A program made the position numbers and the translations under genes. Shown one piece after another: positions 1 through 9,739 of a stretch of 52,997 nt of DNA. The DNA comes from a virus (lineage: Duplodnaviria > Caudoviricetes), in the IMG/VR virus record IMGVR_UViG_3300009506_000043, positions 1 to 52,997 of that record, one strand, 5' to 3'. Numbering within the stretch: position 1 is the stretch's first letter; the number at the start of each line of letters is the position of its first letter. The notes beneath the pieces were generated by a model. That model was not told where the DNA came from, ran no database searches, and saw only the letters and a program-made list of their open reading frames with translations.

Positions 1-58
1 AGCGAAAACTTCGACAGGTCGCATTCCTCGACAGTCCCAACAATCGGATTTTGGTAGC
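1..58. repeat. Terminal direct repeat (circular assembly overlap), left copy
   Basis: 1-58 is identical to 52940-52997. Confidence 0.97.
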
Positions 59-677
59 TGCTGCCATAGGGAGTGATGAGGCGCGGCGAGTTGACATAAG
101 TAGTTTCAAAACTGCACTTCGAGAATCGAAACTTACCGATAGGATTGACGCCGATGCCAGCGTTGTCACCGTCCTTCAGCCAAAATTTGCATTCTTCCAA
201 TTGATAAAATCCACCAGGATCGCTCAATCGCAGGCATAAATCCTGGGTGTTTTGGGCGTAGACATCGCAATCAATGAGATCCATTGCACCATAAAGCCCA
301 CCGCCGCCGCCAGCGGAGACTACAGATGACCCGCCGATATTTCCCAGCTTCAGGCCCTCGATGACCCATTTCTTGTAATTGGAAGTTGGACCAAAGGTAT
401 AGGCATAGTTTGTCGTGGCCTCATCGGCGCCTTTCGCGTAGGTATCGTCCGCTGTACTCACGCTCACCAATCGCAAGCTGGAAACCACTGCATTAGAGAC
501 GGCGGCGGTATAACTGGCGACGTGATTCGAGGCAAAAAGAACAATATCATCATCCACGAAGTTCGCAGCTCCAACCCCCGTGATGAGATCCGCGAAACTG
601 TGAGCTGCCTTGGCCCAAGTATCCCAGGGAGTACCGGGAGTGGCGCTGTTGCTGTCGACTTTATAGATGGATCCCAT
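1..677 (-). CDS. 5' half of a junction-spanning ~450-aa virion/tailspike-like protein (continues at 52939-52264)
   Basis: AAGGAG RBS then ATG at 677. Manual translation MGSIYKVDSNSATPGTPWDTWAKAA... is open to base 1 and joins ...DLSKFSLL-MYCPTVP in frame. Absent from the ORF track. Confidence 0.85.
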   Translation of the reverse strand, partial: MGSIYKVDSNSATPGTPWDTWAKAAHSFADLITGVGAANFVDDDIVLFASNHVASYTAAVSNAVVSSLRLVSVSTADDTYAKGADEATTNYAYTFGPTSNYKKWVIEGLKLGNIGGSSVVSAGGGGGLYGAMDLIDCDVYAQNTQDLCLRLSDPGGFYQLEECKFWLKDGDNAGIGVNPIGKFRFSKCSFETTYVNSPRLITPYGSSYQNPIVGTVEECDLSKFS

Positions 678-705
678 TTGACCGCGCTCCTTACGTTAAG
701 ACGTA

Positions 706-1038
706 TCAGCTTTTGCGCATCAAGGTGACTGTTTTCGTGCTGTCATCAGCATTGGTGACGAACTTCATCCAATGCGCCGCGAAGATTGCAATGGGGAAGT
801 CGTAGGTTTTTGTGGCAGCGATGGTGCGCACAACGTCGCTACCATCGGCGTCGACCAGAACCTGGAAAGTGCCGTCGTTCTCGTCAGAGACATAGACGGT
901 GATCTGAGTAGAGCTGTAGCCAGTGGGAACTGCTAAATGCAGGCCAGCATAGTCATGCATCGGAATGGCCGGCGTCGTGCTTAGGGAATTAGTGAGCTTC
1001 GCCTTGACTACATCTGGTAAGCGGATTTGTTCTGGCAT
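706..1038 (-). CDS. Small putative virion structural protein
   Basis: 110 aa, beta-rich, GAGGAGACC RBS, within structural operon. Confidence 0.6.
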   Translation of the reverse strand: MPEQIRLPDVVKAKLTNSLSTTPAIPMHDYAGLHLAVPTGYSSTQITVYVSDENDGTFQVLVDADGSDVVRTIAATKTYDFPIAIFAAHWMKFVTNADDSTKTVTLMRKS

Positions 1039-1071
1039 GGATGGTCTCCTCGTACAGTGGGCGCCAGAGCG

Positions 1072-3036
1072 TTAAGCAGCAGGATAAATTGTGTTGTAGT
1101 GGGGGTCTCCGTATTCGTTGTGCAGATCGGCCTGATGCCCGTAGCGATCGGAGTATTCTTCGCCGTGCGTGTATCCGATGATCGTGTTGCCGTAGACCTT
1201 TACGTCATCTTCATTGGCGTTGTTGGTTTCAATAAAGTAAGTGTTATCGCCCTTAAATGACGTGTTGTTGTGGATCTTGATTCCGGTGCCGGCGAACTGG
1301 TAATAATGTGCCACGGCACCACTGCCCGCGCTGGCAAAAGTGATCGGGTCGCCGCCCTTTGTGGCAGAGATAGTGAAGGTGTCATCCCCTAGCTTTTCTT
1401 TGACCCAGTAAGTCGTTCCAGCGACTTCTATGTCATCCACATTACTGGGGAGTGACCCGCCATTGGCAGAAAAGCCAATCGGCATGTCGGCTTCAAAGGG
1501 ATGGTCGGTAGCAGTTACAGTTGTCGTCGAGATCGTGAAAGAGACAGATGTAACTAGCTTCGTCCGGCCGAGCTGGATATGGCATTTGGTCTGTTGCGGC
1601 GTAGTTGTTTCAAAGACGCCACAGTTTGTGAATTCATTGCCCCAGACGTCATGATCATCTCCCACGGACAATTGAATCGGGGCAACACGAATGTCCTTGA
1701 AGTCATTGTCATGAATTCGTGTGCGATGCGCGTATGGTTGATAATCCTCGCCAGCAGCCAGAAACACGCCATCGTAAAGATTCTCGAATTTGTTTCCATA
1801 CACCTCCGAATCCGGTCCCAGAATCTGAAGGCCATGCCCCAGTTGGGCAGTACCGGCGGCATTCGAGTATCCTCGGATGATGTTGTATCTGACGATGGTG
1901 TGCCTTGCGTCTGACCACATGGCATAAGTGTGATGAGGACTTGCCTCAGGGCAGCCGCCGACATTGACGATGTTGTTTTCAAAAATAATTCCCCACCCTT
2001 CGGCGTGAGTGTCCATGATGGCGCCACCACTATTCTCAAGCCCGCCGCTATTCGCCAGTGGCGGTGAATCGAAGACGTTATTGCGGACCCTGATATTGAG
2101 GGGACAGCCCCAGCGATTGGCTGGAGTGCCGCTACTGATTTCAGAATCCGTGGTGACAGCATGGCGGAAGCCGATGAACCGATTGTCGGCGATCAGAACG
2201 CCATTGGCGGACTGGATGTTTACCCCGTATTGTCCACCGCCGGTTGCTGGCAATGCTGGGGGTTCATGGCCATAGACGTGATTGCCCCAGAATCGAACAT
2301 TAACAACTGCCCGTATATTGACAGCGCCAACACCGCGCCGATGGAATATGCAGTTCTCAATCACAACATCTTGACATGCCCGAATCTCCAAAAACTCGGC
2401 GTAGGAATTTGGCACGAAACTGTCGCTCAGCATGAACTCGATATTGTCGATAACAATTCCCTTTGAGAGTGACAGAATGCCGTACTTCGGCGACGTAGAC
2501 ATGGCGTCCTTAATGAACGACTCGACATAGCAGACGCCGGAAATGTTGTGATATATCTGGTGAATTTCCAGCGGATACTGATTGCCACCGACGGCGTGCG
2601 GTTTGGCGCCAGAAATGGCATTTGAGGCCCACATCATGACCCAATCGCCCTTTACGGGAGTCCCGGCGGACGGCGTGAAACTCTCATCGAAATTGCTATT
2701 GCCGCCAGTGTCATATTGGGTGAGACTCGTGTAATACCATGTGCGATTCCAGGCAAGCGGCTGATTCTGATCAACACTCTCAATGACTGCGCCGCTCCCT
2801 AGGCCACGCAGACTCACTGGGGTTGTGAAGTCGACTTGACCATTCAGCTTGGCGTGTCCTTCCAGCCAGAGGGTTCCGCCGCCCCAGCCATTCAGAACTG
2901 TCGCTGCCGCTTGGAATGCCGCCGTATCAGTTGCGGCGACGCCAGTACCGCGAACACCAACCGCTTTATCTGCGACACCTCGACGCCAAGGACGGTAAGC
3001 GAGTGCGCCAGATGATAGGGTTTCAAAATCGGACAT
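1072..3036 (-). CDS. Tailspike / right-handed beta-helix (pectate-lyase-like) protein
   Basis: DTAAFQAA..GGGTLWL N-terminal motif followed by repeated IxNxxF/VxxN beta-helix rungs; RBS present. Confidence 0.8.
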   Translation of the reverse strand: MSDFETLSSGALAYRPWRRGVADKAVGVRGTGVAATDTAAFQAAATVLNGWGGGTLWLEGHAKLNGQVDFTTPVSLRGLGSGAVIESVDQNQPLAWNRTWYYTSLTQYDTGGNSNFDESFTPSAGTPVKGDWVMMWASNAISGAKPHAVGGNQYPLEIHQIYHNISGVCYVESFIKDAMSTSPKYGILSLSKGIVIDNIEFMLSDSFVPNSYAEFLEIRACQDVVIENCIFHRRGVGAVNIRAVVNVRFWGNHVYGHEPPALPATGGGQYGVNIQSANGVLIADNRFIGFRHAVTTDSEISSGTPANRWGCPLNIRVRNNVFDSPPLANSGGLENSGGAIMDTHAEGWGIIFENNIVNVGGCPEASPHHTYAMWSDARHTIVRYNIIRGYSNAAGTAQLGHGLQILGPDSEVYGNKFENLYDGVFLAAGEDYQPYAHRTRIHDNDFKDIRVAPIQLSVGDDHDVWGNEFTNCGVFETTTPQQTKCHIQLGRTKLVTSVSFTISTTTVTATDHPFEADMPIGFSANGGSLPSNVDDIEVAGTTYWVKEKLGDDTFTISATKGGDPITFASAGSGAVAHYYQFAGTGIKIHNNTSFKGDNTYFIETNNANEDDVKVYGNTIIGYTHGEEYSDRYGHQADLHNEYGDPHYNTIYPAA

Positions 3037-3054
3037 TGGTGGTCTCCTCGTCGA

Positions 3055-3372
3055 TCAAGTGATCGGCCATTCCCCGTTCTCGGGATAGCCAGTCAGGAAC
3101 AGCGCCGCGCCAACCCCGGTACACCAATAAAGACCTTTGTCAGTGCCGGTTTGGACTGAATAGAGTCCGGCAGGCGAACCGCTTGCTGGAATAGCCGACT
3201 GTGAATAAGTAACAGCGACGACCTTATGTAATTGGCGAAAACAGATGGGCCGCGACTTGGGATCCAAGGCCAGCTGCCGATCAGCAACCGGCATCCAGCA
3301 CTTCGTCTGATCCGTGACATCTGTGTCGAGCATCACTGTTCCCTTGTCGGGGAATTTGCAGGGATCAGCCAT
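3055..3372 (-). CDS. Hypothetical structural protein
   Basis: 105 aa, GAGGAGACC RBS, operon context. Confidence 0.6.
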   Translation of the reverse strand: MADPCKFPDKGTVMLDTDVTDQTKCWMPVADRQLALDPKSRPICFRQLHKVVAVTYSQSAIPASGSPAGLYSVQTGTDKGLYWCTGVGAALFLTGYPENGEWPIT

Positions 3373-3386
3373 TGGTGGTCTCCTCG

Positions 3387-4277
3387 TTAAGCGGCATCCT
3401 CAAAGACGTAGTAATCTCCGTCCTCAAACTGGTAGTAATCCAAATCCTCAAAGAGCCATGCATCGTCCGGCACTTCTTCCGGTTCGCCCTCACCAGGTTC
3501 TTCCGGTTCAGTGACCGGGTACTTGACGTATTGCGTGATTGCTGTAGTCCGCTGGAAGCCGGTCAAGTCCGGCGTTTCGCGAGCAGCGTTGTAACCCAGG
3601 TTGTCTGGGCTCATTGCGCGCCGGTCGAAGTCGATACTGGCGGATAGAAGATCGAGGAAGTGTTGATACTTCTGGCCGCGCTCATCGTCCAAGGTGATCT
3701 CAGCCGCCGCCATGCAGGCAGCCCGAATGGTTTCAGCGTGAGCAGGACCACCCATTGGATATGGATTGGCGCTAGAGAGCATTTCCTGTCGGGCGTAGTA
3801 ACGACCGCGCAGGACATAAGCAGCATCGGGAGTGCGCCAGAGAATAAGCAGGAATGTCTGATCGGATTGGCCATCTGCAATCCGGGGGAGAATGGCGCAA
3901 TAGGTCGGAGCGCCTGAACTGTCGCCGCGCTGCTGATGCCGGCGGATCAGACTTTCCGAGGTGAGCTGGACCTTGCCGTAAGCCGTTGAATCGGAGTAGG
4001 TCAGGGATCCATCCAGGCCGGCGAAGTCATCAGGCAGGCTATACTCGCTGACCCCGGAGATTGTGTTGATCGTCAGGAGCGGCCGGAGGAATGACCATTG
4101 ATGAGCCGACCGCTCGCCAGGCAGCCGGGGAGGTGTGTAGAAGAGTCGCAGGCCGGAAGAGAGAACGTCCTCGACGTCTGCCGTCTCATTCGTCGCCCAA
4201 TCATTCGGATTTCGTGAAAAACCTAGATAGCGGCCGATCTCCCGTCGGAGGCTGTCATAGGTCACGCCGAGAGTCAT
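3387..4277 (-). CDS. Head-tail adaptor / tail tubular protein A-like
   Basis: WSFL..TINTISGVSEYSLPDDF and W/YPTPDAAY-like motifs typical of podovirus adaptors; downstream of capsid genes. Confidence 0.7.
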   Translation of the reverse strand: MTLGVTYDSLRREIGRYLGFSRNPNDWATNETADVEDVLSSGLRLFYTPPRLPGERSAHQWSFLRPLLTINTISGVSEYSLPDDFAGLDGSLTYSDSTAYGKVQLTSESLIRRHQQRGDSSGAPTYCAILPRIADGQSDQTFLLILWRTPDAAYVLRGRYYARQEMLSSANPYPMGGPAHAETIRAACMAAAEITLDDERGQKYQHFLDLLSASIDFDRRAMSPDNLGYNAARETPDLTGFQRTTAITQYVKYPVTEPEEPGEGEPEEVPDDAWLFEDLDYYQFEDGDYYVFEDAA

Positions 4278-4585
4278 GCGAGTTCAGGGTCGTCTCCTTC
4301 GTCGTCAATTTCTTCGAGTTCTTCAAGGTCAGCAGGTTCTGATTCGGGTTCCTCGTCTTCAATCGCCTCAAGCGGAATTTTCCCTGCGGCGGGATCATTC
4401 CAAAGCACGCGGCTGAACTGGCCGTCGATCAGTTCGACCAATGTGTCGTGATTCTGCGTGTAGCCAGGGAGCAACTGCTGGATCCCGAGTTGTTGACACA
4501 GGACGGGGTTCGGGATCACGGCCAATTGAGATTCAATGAACTTGGACAGTGGAACAAGTTCGACCTGTTGTTTCCTTCGTGGCAT
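4274..4585 (-). CDS. Hypothetical protein with acidic C-terminus
   Basis: 103 aa, 4-nt overlap with next gene. Confidence 0.6.
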   Translation of the reverse strand: MPRRKQQVELVPLSKFIESQLAVIPNPVLCQQLGIQQLLPGYTQNHDTLVELIDGQFSRVLWNDPAAGKIPLEAIEDEEPESEPADLEELEEIDDEGDDPELA

Positions 4586-4690
4586 TCATCCTTCCTTGTA
4601 AAAAGCGGCCTGGCGGGCCAACTGGGCAGATCGAATCCAGAACGCAGAGCCCTAGGGTCCGATGTTTATGCCCACCAGGCCGAGGAACGA

Positions 4691-5173
4691 TCAGACGAAA
4701 CGAATCTTCTTGACGGCGGCCGTCGAAGAGGTATCCACGGTGTCGCAGGCAATCGCAACCGTATCCAGTTCGGTTGCTTCTGCCGTCAGGGTTTGGGCGA
4801 CCAACCCCCAGTCATCGTTGCCAATCATGAGCACAGTGGTTTCTGCGGTCATGTTGGCGTGGGTCAGGGCATTGACATAAGTCCCTTTGTGTGGCTCCGC
4901 GATCTGCACCAATCGGGTGTAATCGGTGCCGCTCTTGAGCCGACGGCCGAGTCCAACAATCACGCCTGCATAGGCGTTTTTGTGGCCGGTCTTCGGTTTC
5001 GTGACCACACGTCCCCTGACCATTTCATCCCATTCGCCTGCAGCGGGAGTATCGCCTACGGCGGTGTCGTAGCAGACGTTGTAGCCGATCGCCACATCTT
5101 CGGTGTCGTTATCCTTGTAGATCACCCACCGCGTGTGAACGATCGGTGCGGCGCAAAACTGAACATTGTGCAT
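4691..5173 (-). CDS. Putative capsid decoration/cement protein
   Basis: 160 aa, beta-rich, directly after major capsid gene, strong RBS. Confidence 0.55.
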   Translation of the reverse strand: MHNVQFCAAPIVHTRWVIYKDNDTEDVAIGYNVCYDTAVGDTPAAGEWDEMVRGRVVTKPKTGHKNAYAGVIVGLGRRLKSGTDYTRLVQIAEPHKGTYVNALTHANMTAETTVLMIGNDDWGLVAQTLTAEATELDTVAIACDTVDTSSTAAVKKIRFV

Positions 5174-5234
5174 TCTTGGTCTCCTCGTTGAGTGGAGTTG
5201 TTTTCAATTGGCGCTTCGGCCCAGTCAGGATCAC

Positions 5235-6344
5235 TTACGCGCTTTGGGTGACGACGAAATTCCTCCGACGATCGAAGCACTGATACTGCATCCACGAGTC
5301 GTAGTGGACATGCCGGACAGAGTGTTGATTGGGTGCGACGAGCGGTTTCATGCGCACCATGTAGCGGCCGCGCTTGAAGACCATGCGGAAGCTGTTGCGG
5401 TCGATGCCGTAAACAGGATTCTTTCCGTAAGGGTTCTGGTCGAGCGTGGCTGTGCCGGCAGTGTCATGATGAGCGTCCAGCCAGGGCACCCAATTGACCG
5501 GCGTCCGACGGAACCGAACCTCGCCGTCCTTGCTGGCCAGATCATTGCCAAGATTCTGGTTTTGATCTTCCAACAGCTCCTCAAGCCGCTGCACCACCTC
5601 ATAAGTCGTGCAAAGGGCGTGACGAGGCTTCTCGGACTTGGCGACATTCGGGTAGGCGACCGGCGCCCGGAAGTAGCACTTCACCGTCGCCTCACGGAGC
5701 AGGCGAATGAGATCGCGCTTGCTGATGGCCGTGTACTTGCCAGTGAAGCTGGCCCACCGCGTATAGGTCGTCGGCGACAGACCTGCGACGGTACTATGTG
5801 CCGTGTGTGGCACACCGCCATTGAAGCCCTTGGTGTCGTTTCTGACGATCCAGTACGGCACCCCGCAAGGCTTGCGCTGCTCATCCTCATCGGTCGGCGA
5901 GAGAGGGAAGGACCAGAAGTTGTCTTCCACCAGCTCGGCGAAGGAAGTGAGAGCATCATGTCGACGCAACCGAAGCAGATCGACAATGCGGTGAGCATCG
6001 CCGCTCTGGAATTCCGGCTCGTCGACATCATAGGCAAAGTTCGCCGTCTGCTTCGTCCAGCCGAGACTGCAATGTTTGGTCACGTCCATGACCTTGACGT
6101 CATCCTGAGCGTACATTCCAGTGTTTTTGGCCGAACCAGTGTTGCGAACCTTGACCTGCCACTGGAGAAGATCACCGCCGTCGATGCCGACGCGATCATC
6201 CAGAAGCATATTCTGCATCGCGAAATACTGCTGCAGCTCCAATGAGATATCGACCCAGGAATCTTTCTCGAAGTCATGCAACGTATTTTCGACGAGATCA
6301 TCAATTTGGGTGGGCAGAAGCCCAACCGAATAAATGCCAGCCAT
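5235..6344 (-). CDS. Major capsid protein
   Basis: 369 aa, in portal-scaffold-capsid order, AGGAG RBS, size and layout compatible with HK97 fold. Confidence 0.75.
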   Translation of the reverse strand: MAGIYSVGLLPTQIDDLVENTLHDFEKDSWVDISLELQQYFAMQNMLLDDRVGIDGGDLLQWQVKVRNTGSAKNTGMYAQDDVKVMDVTKHCSLGWTKQTANFAYDVDEPEFQSGDAHRIVDLLRLRRHDALTSFAELVEDNFWSFPLSPTDEDEQRKPCGVPYWIVRNDTKGFNGGVPHTAHSTVAGLSPTTYTRWASFTGKYTAISKRDLIRLLREATVKCYFRAPVAYPNVAKSEKPRHALCTTYEVVQRLEELLEDQNQNLGNDLASKDGEVRFRRTPVNWVPWLDAHHDTAGTATLDQNPYGKNPVYGIDRNSFRMVFKRGRYMVRMKPLVAPNQHSVRHVHYDSWMQYQCFDRRRNFVVTQSA

Positions 6345-6365
6345 TCGTTGAATCTCCTATGTCCG

Positions 6366-7295
6366 TCACGCGCCGGACTGCATGCGATCAATCCGAGCCT
6401 GAAGGCGATCAATGGTCGACTTGCGAACCCCGGTGATGGGATCGCGAGTCTCGTCATCTGGGTGCGCGTTCTTCCCAGATGGCCGACCGATCGTGGTCTT
6501 CTGGCGTTCTTTCAATTGCTTTGCGAGTTCGCCCCGTGTTTTCTCGACCTGAACCTGTGGGTAGAGGGCGGCCACGGTGCGCCGGAAAATGGCCTCGTCC
6601 GAGGAGGTGGCATCCAATTGACGCAGCTGGAAGAAGGCTTCCTGGAGGTTGCCTCTTTGGACATACTCCGCTGAATACGGGGTCAGCTGCTCGATTGATC
6701 CTTTGCCTAGGACGGAGTGGTAGTCATCGCCGAGTTCGGTAATTTGGCCGTCGAACCAGCGAATGAATTCGGCTTCTTGCTGCGCGGTATGATCACTCTG
6801 AAACGTCTGAAGGAGACCGTTCAATTGCTGCACCTGATCGAAGAGTGAACGCAGGGGTTTCACAATCCCCGCGTCGTACTCCTCTTCAAGGGCATTCCAA
6901 TCAACCTGGACCGGCTCAGCTGCGGCCTGGGCAGTTTGCTGCGGGCCAGTCGGTGCAGCGGGAACAGGGGGCTGCGCAGGCTGAAAGCGCTGCTGCTGTC
7001 CCTGAAACATGGTGATTGCGCGTCGGTCAATCTTGGCAATTTCTGCTTGAAGCTGGTCATCAGACAACGAACTCAATTCGTCGTCAGAGAATCCAAGAGT
7101 CTTTGCCGATGCGCGAAGAGGGGAATCACTTGAAGTGGGTGCTGATTCCTTTGGTTCGGCTTGTGCCTGAGAATCTCGCCCTTCCTGCATCTGCCTGGCG
7201 AGCGTGGCTAGTGAAGTGTTTTGGTTGCCGAACTCATTAAAAGCGGCCTGGCCCTCTGCCTCCTGAGGGGCATGAACAACCTGATCTGCCATCAA
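6366..7295 (-). CDS. Capsid scaffolding protein
   Basis: Acidic, Q/A/P-rich, helical, immediately upstream of capsid gene. Confidence 0.65.
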   Translation of the reverse strand: MMADQVVHAPQEAEGQAAFNEFGNQNTSLATLARQMQEGRDSQAQAEPKESAPTSSDSPLRASAKTLGFSDDELSSLSDDQLQAEIAKIDRRAITMFQGQQQRFQPAQPPVPAAPTGPQQTAQAAAEPVQVDWNALEEEYDAGIVKPLRSLFDQVQQLNGLLQTFQSDHTAQQEAEFIRWFDGQITELGDDYHSVLGKGSIEQLTPYSAEYVQRGNLQEAFFQLRQLDATSSDEAIFRRTVAALYPQVQVEKTRGELAKQLKERQKTTIGRPSGKNAHPDDETRDPITGVRKSTIDRLQARIDRMQSGA

Positions 7296-7561
7296 TCGTC
7301 AAAACTGTTCTTCATGTGATACCTGTGGGCTCTGCGATATCGTCGGTAATGCCGTGCATCCCGCATCATCGGGGTGCCATCGGCCCGGTATTCGGTCGGC
7401 ACTCCAGAGCACCGATCAAACTCTATGAATTCGTTGATTTGAGTCGGATGAACCGCAAGGGCCTCGCAGGCCAAGGGATAGCGAGGAATCCCGCAATGAG
7501 CAATATGTGTGACCTCGATTACTTGCCCACTCCTTGGGTCATACCGAAAGAATCGACTCAT
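7292..7561 (-). CDS. Hypothetical protein
   Basis: 89 aa, coupled to portal stop and scaffold start. Confidence 0.6.
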   Translation of the reverse strand: MSRFFRYDPRSGQVIEVTHIAHCGIPRYPLACEALAVHPTQINEFIEFDRCSGVPTEYRADGTPMMRDARHYRRYRRAHRYHMKNSFDD

Positions 7562-9342
7562 TAAACTCCGGCGGGCCTGGTCAAAGCAGCGCGCTGAGAT
7601 TGCTGGGGGTTCGCCCCCATCAGCGCCTGCAACATGGTCTGTGTGTTTCCTTGGCGAGTGGCGCCCGGTCGATTAACTCGCTCATAAGTCCGTTGTGTGA
7701 CGGCTGCCTGGCGTGCCTCACCTGATGGAGCGGTGCCGGGGGTGGGAATGCCGCCGATCTGAAAGATTTGCTGAAGCTCGGGCAGCGAGAGGTACTTGGC
7801 GAGGTAATCGAAAAGGGCTGCCCCCTTGAGGGCGATGCCTTGCTGAGCGAGTAGCGGAGCCATCGGCAAGGCCAGCTGGGTGATGACTTGCATCAACTGA
7901 CTGGCCCGCTCAGTGGGCGACAGATATTGCATCGAAAAAGGCTCGATCTTGATTGCCAGGTCACTGAGAGAGAATCGCCGCTCTCCAGGAGGCATTTGGG
8001 CGATGACCTGAATGGTTGTCCCAGGGATAGGCCGGATCGCCTCATAGGTTCTGCCAGGATCGTTGTAGATCCGATGGGCCAAATCCTCGATGACCCCCAC
8101 AGTCGCATCTACGACCGCCCTGGTCATCTTGGCGGCCTTCTTGCTGGCAGTGCTGGTCAACATGGCATCCTGCCGAAACGTCTCACTCTGAGGTCCTAGG
8201 CCGCCCAGGGCGTCAAGATTTCCGGCCAACTGGGAGTAGACATCCCTGGCCAGGGTGTAGAACGCCAGATTCTGCTGTGAGGCGCCTCCCATCGAGATTT
8301 GGACAACCGTGTCGGGATGTTCCAAGGGGATCATGTCACCATCATGGGCATCCCGCACCCGGCGGGCATCGTCTTCATTTCCATGCCTGAAAACTGAGAG
8401 ATCCTTTTGCCGGCGGGCCTGGTCAACGAGGCGACGATAGACGGCATTGATTGAGCGATTGAGGGATTTGAGCAGCGCCCCCGGAGCCAAGGGCATCACA
8501 TTCGACGGGACTTCAGAGAAGGAGAGGATATGATAAGGGCTGGTGCGGATCCCATCCCATTCGACGATCTTCATCGCCGCGTTCACATCCTTCTTGTCTG
8601 GGATCGTGACTATCAATCCTTCCTCAGGCAGGCAGATATCCCAAAAGTAAATCTGCCGCTTGAATTCCCGAATGTTTTCGGTTTCCGCGCGCTCATGCCG
8701 GCTGATCTCGGCCGCGCGATCATTCTCCCCATATTCGTCCCCGCCCGCGTCGAGCAGATTTGTTTTGGCGCGAGGATTGAGATCCTCAGCTTGCATGACC
8801 GCTTCGTAATCGACCGGATAGCGATCGCCCAGGAACGTGCATCGCTCCCAGTGTGTTGCCCGCGTGTCATAGACGAAATCATCGAGATCGACGGTCTCCG
8901 CGAAGTATTCTTGGGAGGGAAGGGGCTCGCCTGGAATCAACTCAATGTAGCCGGCGTCAACGAGCCCCGTTTTGAGAATCCCGACAGAGAAAAAGGCATC
9001 CATCACCCATCGCCGGAGGGTGACGTCGATCGCCATTTCCTCCAGCTCCCGATTCAGGATCGCCTCAAAATCCGCAATGAAAGGCAATGCATCCCGATTG
9101 GCCGTGGTCAGAAGGACCTGAGGGCGGTTGCCGGCCAGATGCATTAAGTAGATATCAAGGGTGAGCGCCATTAGGTTGACCGGCATGTCGAATTCGGTGC
9201 CGCCATCCGAATAGCATGTGCCCACAAAATCCTTGATCAGCTCTGTGCGGCGCTTACGGAACTGTTCCAGCTCCGTGTAGCAATCGCGCATGGCATTATT
9301 CAGCCGTTGCAGCTGTCGAGGATCTTCGGGATCGAAAGGCAT
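7561..9342 (-). CDS. Portal protein
   Basis: 593 aa after terminase; GILKTG, DFVYD, Q-rich C-terminus as in P22/SU10-type portals. Confidence 0.8.
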   Translation of the reverse strand: MPFDPEDPRQLQRLNNAMRDCYTELEQFRKRRTELIKDFVGTCYSDGGTEFDMPVNLMALTLDIYLMHLAGNRPQVLLTTANRDALPFIADFEAILNRELEEMAIDVTLRRWVMDAFFSVGILKTGLVDAGYIELIPGEPLPSQEYFAETVDLDDFVYDTRATHWERCTFLGDRYPVDYEAVMQAEDLNPRAKTNLLDAGGDEYGENDRAAEISRHERAETENIREFKRQIYFWDICLPEEGLIVTIPDKKDVNAAMKIVEWDGIRTSPYHILSFSEVPSNVMPLAPGALLKSLNRSINAVYRRLVDQARRQKDLSVFRHGNEDDARRVRDAHDGDMIPLEHPDTVVQISMGGASQQNLAFYTLARDVYSQLAGNLDALGGLGPQSETFRQDAMLTSTASKKAAKMTRAVVDATVGVIEDLAHRIYNDPGRTYEAIRPIPGTTIQVIAQMPPGERRFSLSDLAIKIEPFSMQYLSPTERASQLMQVITQLALPMAPLLAQQGIALKGAALFDYLAKYLSLPELQQIFQIGGIPTPGTAPSGEARQAAVTQRTYERVNRPGATRQGNTQTMLQALMGANPQQSQRAALTRPAGV

Positions 9343-9379
9343 TCAGTTGCCCTTGGATCCAGCTGCCCAGAACTGGGTT

Positions 9380-9739
9380 TTATTGTTCGCAGATCAGATA
9401 CTGAAGGGTGGCCGTGTTTGCCAGGGCCTTGGCCCCCGGCGTGCTTGTGCCCGGCCGAAGCAGGTGGGTCTCCCCCGGAGCCAGTTTGTCGAAACAGGCA
9501 TCCGTCGTTCCGATGAGGAGATAAATTGTTTCCGTCGTAGAGGCATTGCGGAAGGCGGCAAATCCGACAGTTGCCAGCTCTCCCAGCGGGATCAATTCAG
9601 GTGTGGTGGTCAGCGCTATCGTGGACTGAATGAACCGGGTGCCGGCGACTGTGATATGATCGACATCGCTTTTGAGTTCGGCCTTAAGGCCATTGAGGTT
9701 GACCGACAGATTCGCTTTGTAGGTGATTTCATTTGCCAT
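9380..9739 (-). CDS. Hypothetical virion protein
   Basis: Start reassigned to MANEIT (AGGAG RBS, overlaps terL stop); beta-rich. Confidence 0.55.
   Translation of the reverse strand: MANEITYKANLSVNLNGLKAELKSDVDHITVAGTRFIQSTIALTTTPELIPLGELATVGFAAFRNASTTETIYLLIGTTDACFDKLAPGETHLLRPGTSTPGAKALANTATLQYLICEQ

Noticed and set aside
4448-6245. Long plus-strand ORFs (e.g. 4448-5191, 5166-6245, 13155-14003, 46422-47249, 48301-49257)
   Set aside because: Antisense shadows of well-supported minus-strand genes in GC-rich DNA, with no motifs or RBS
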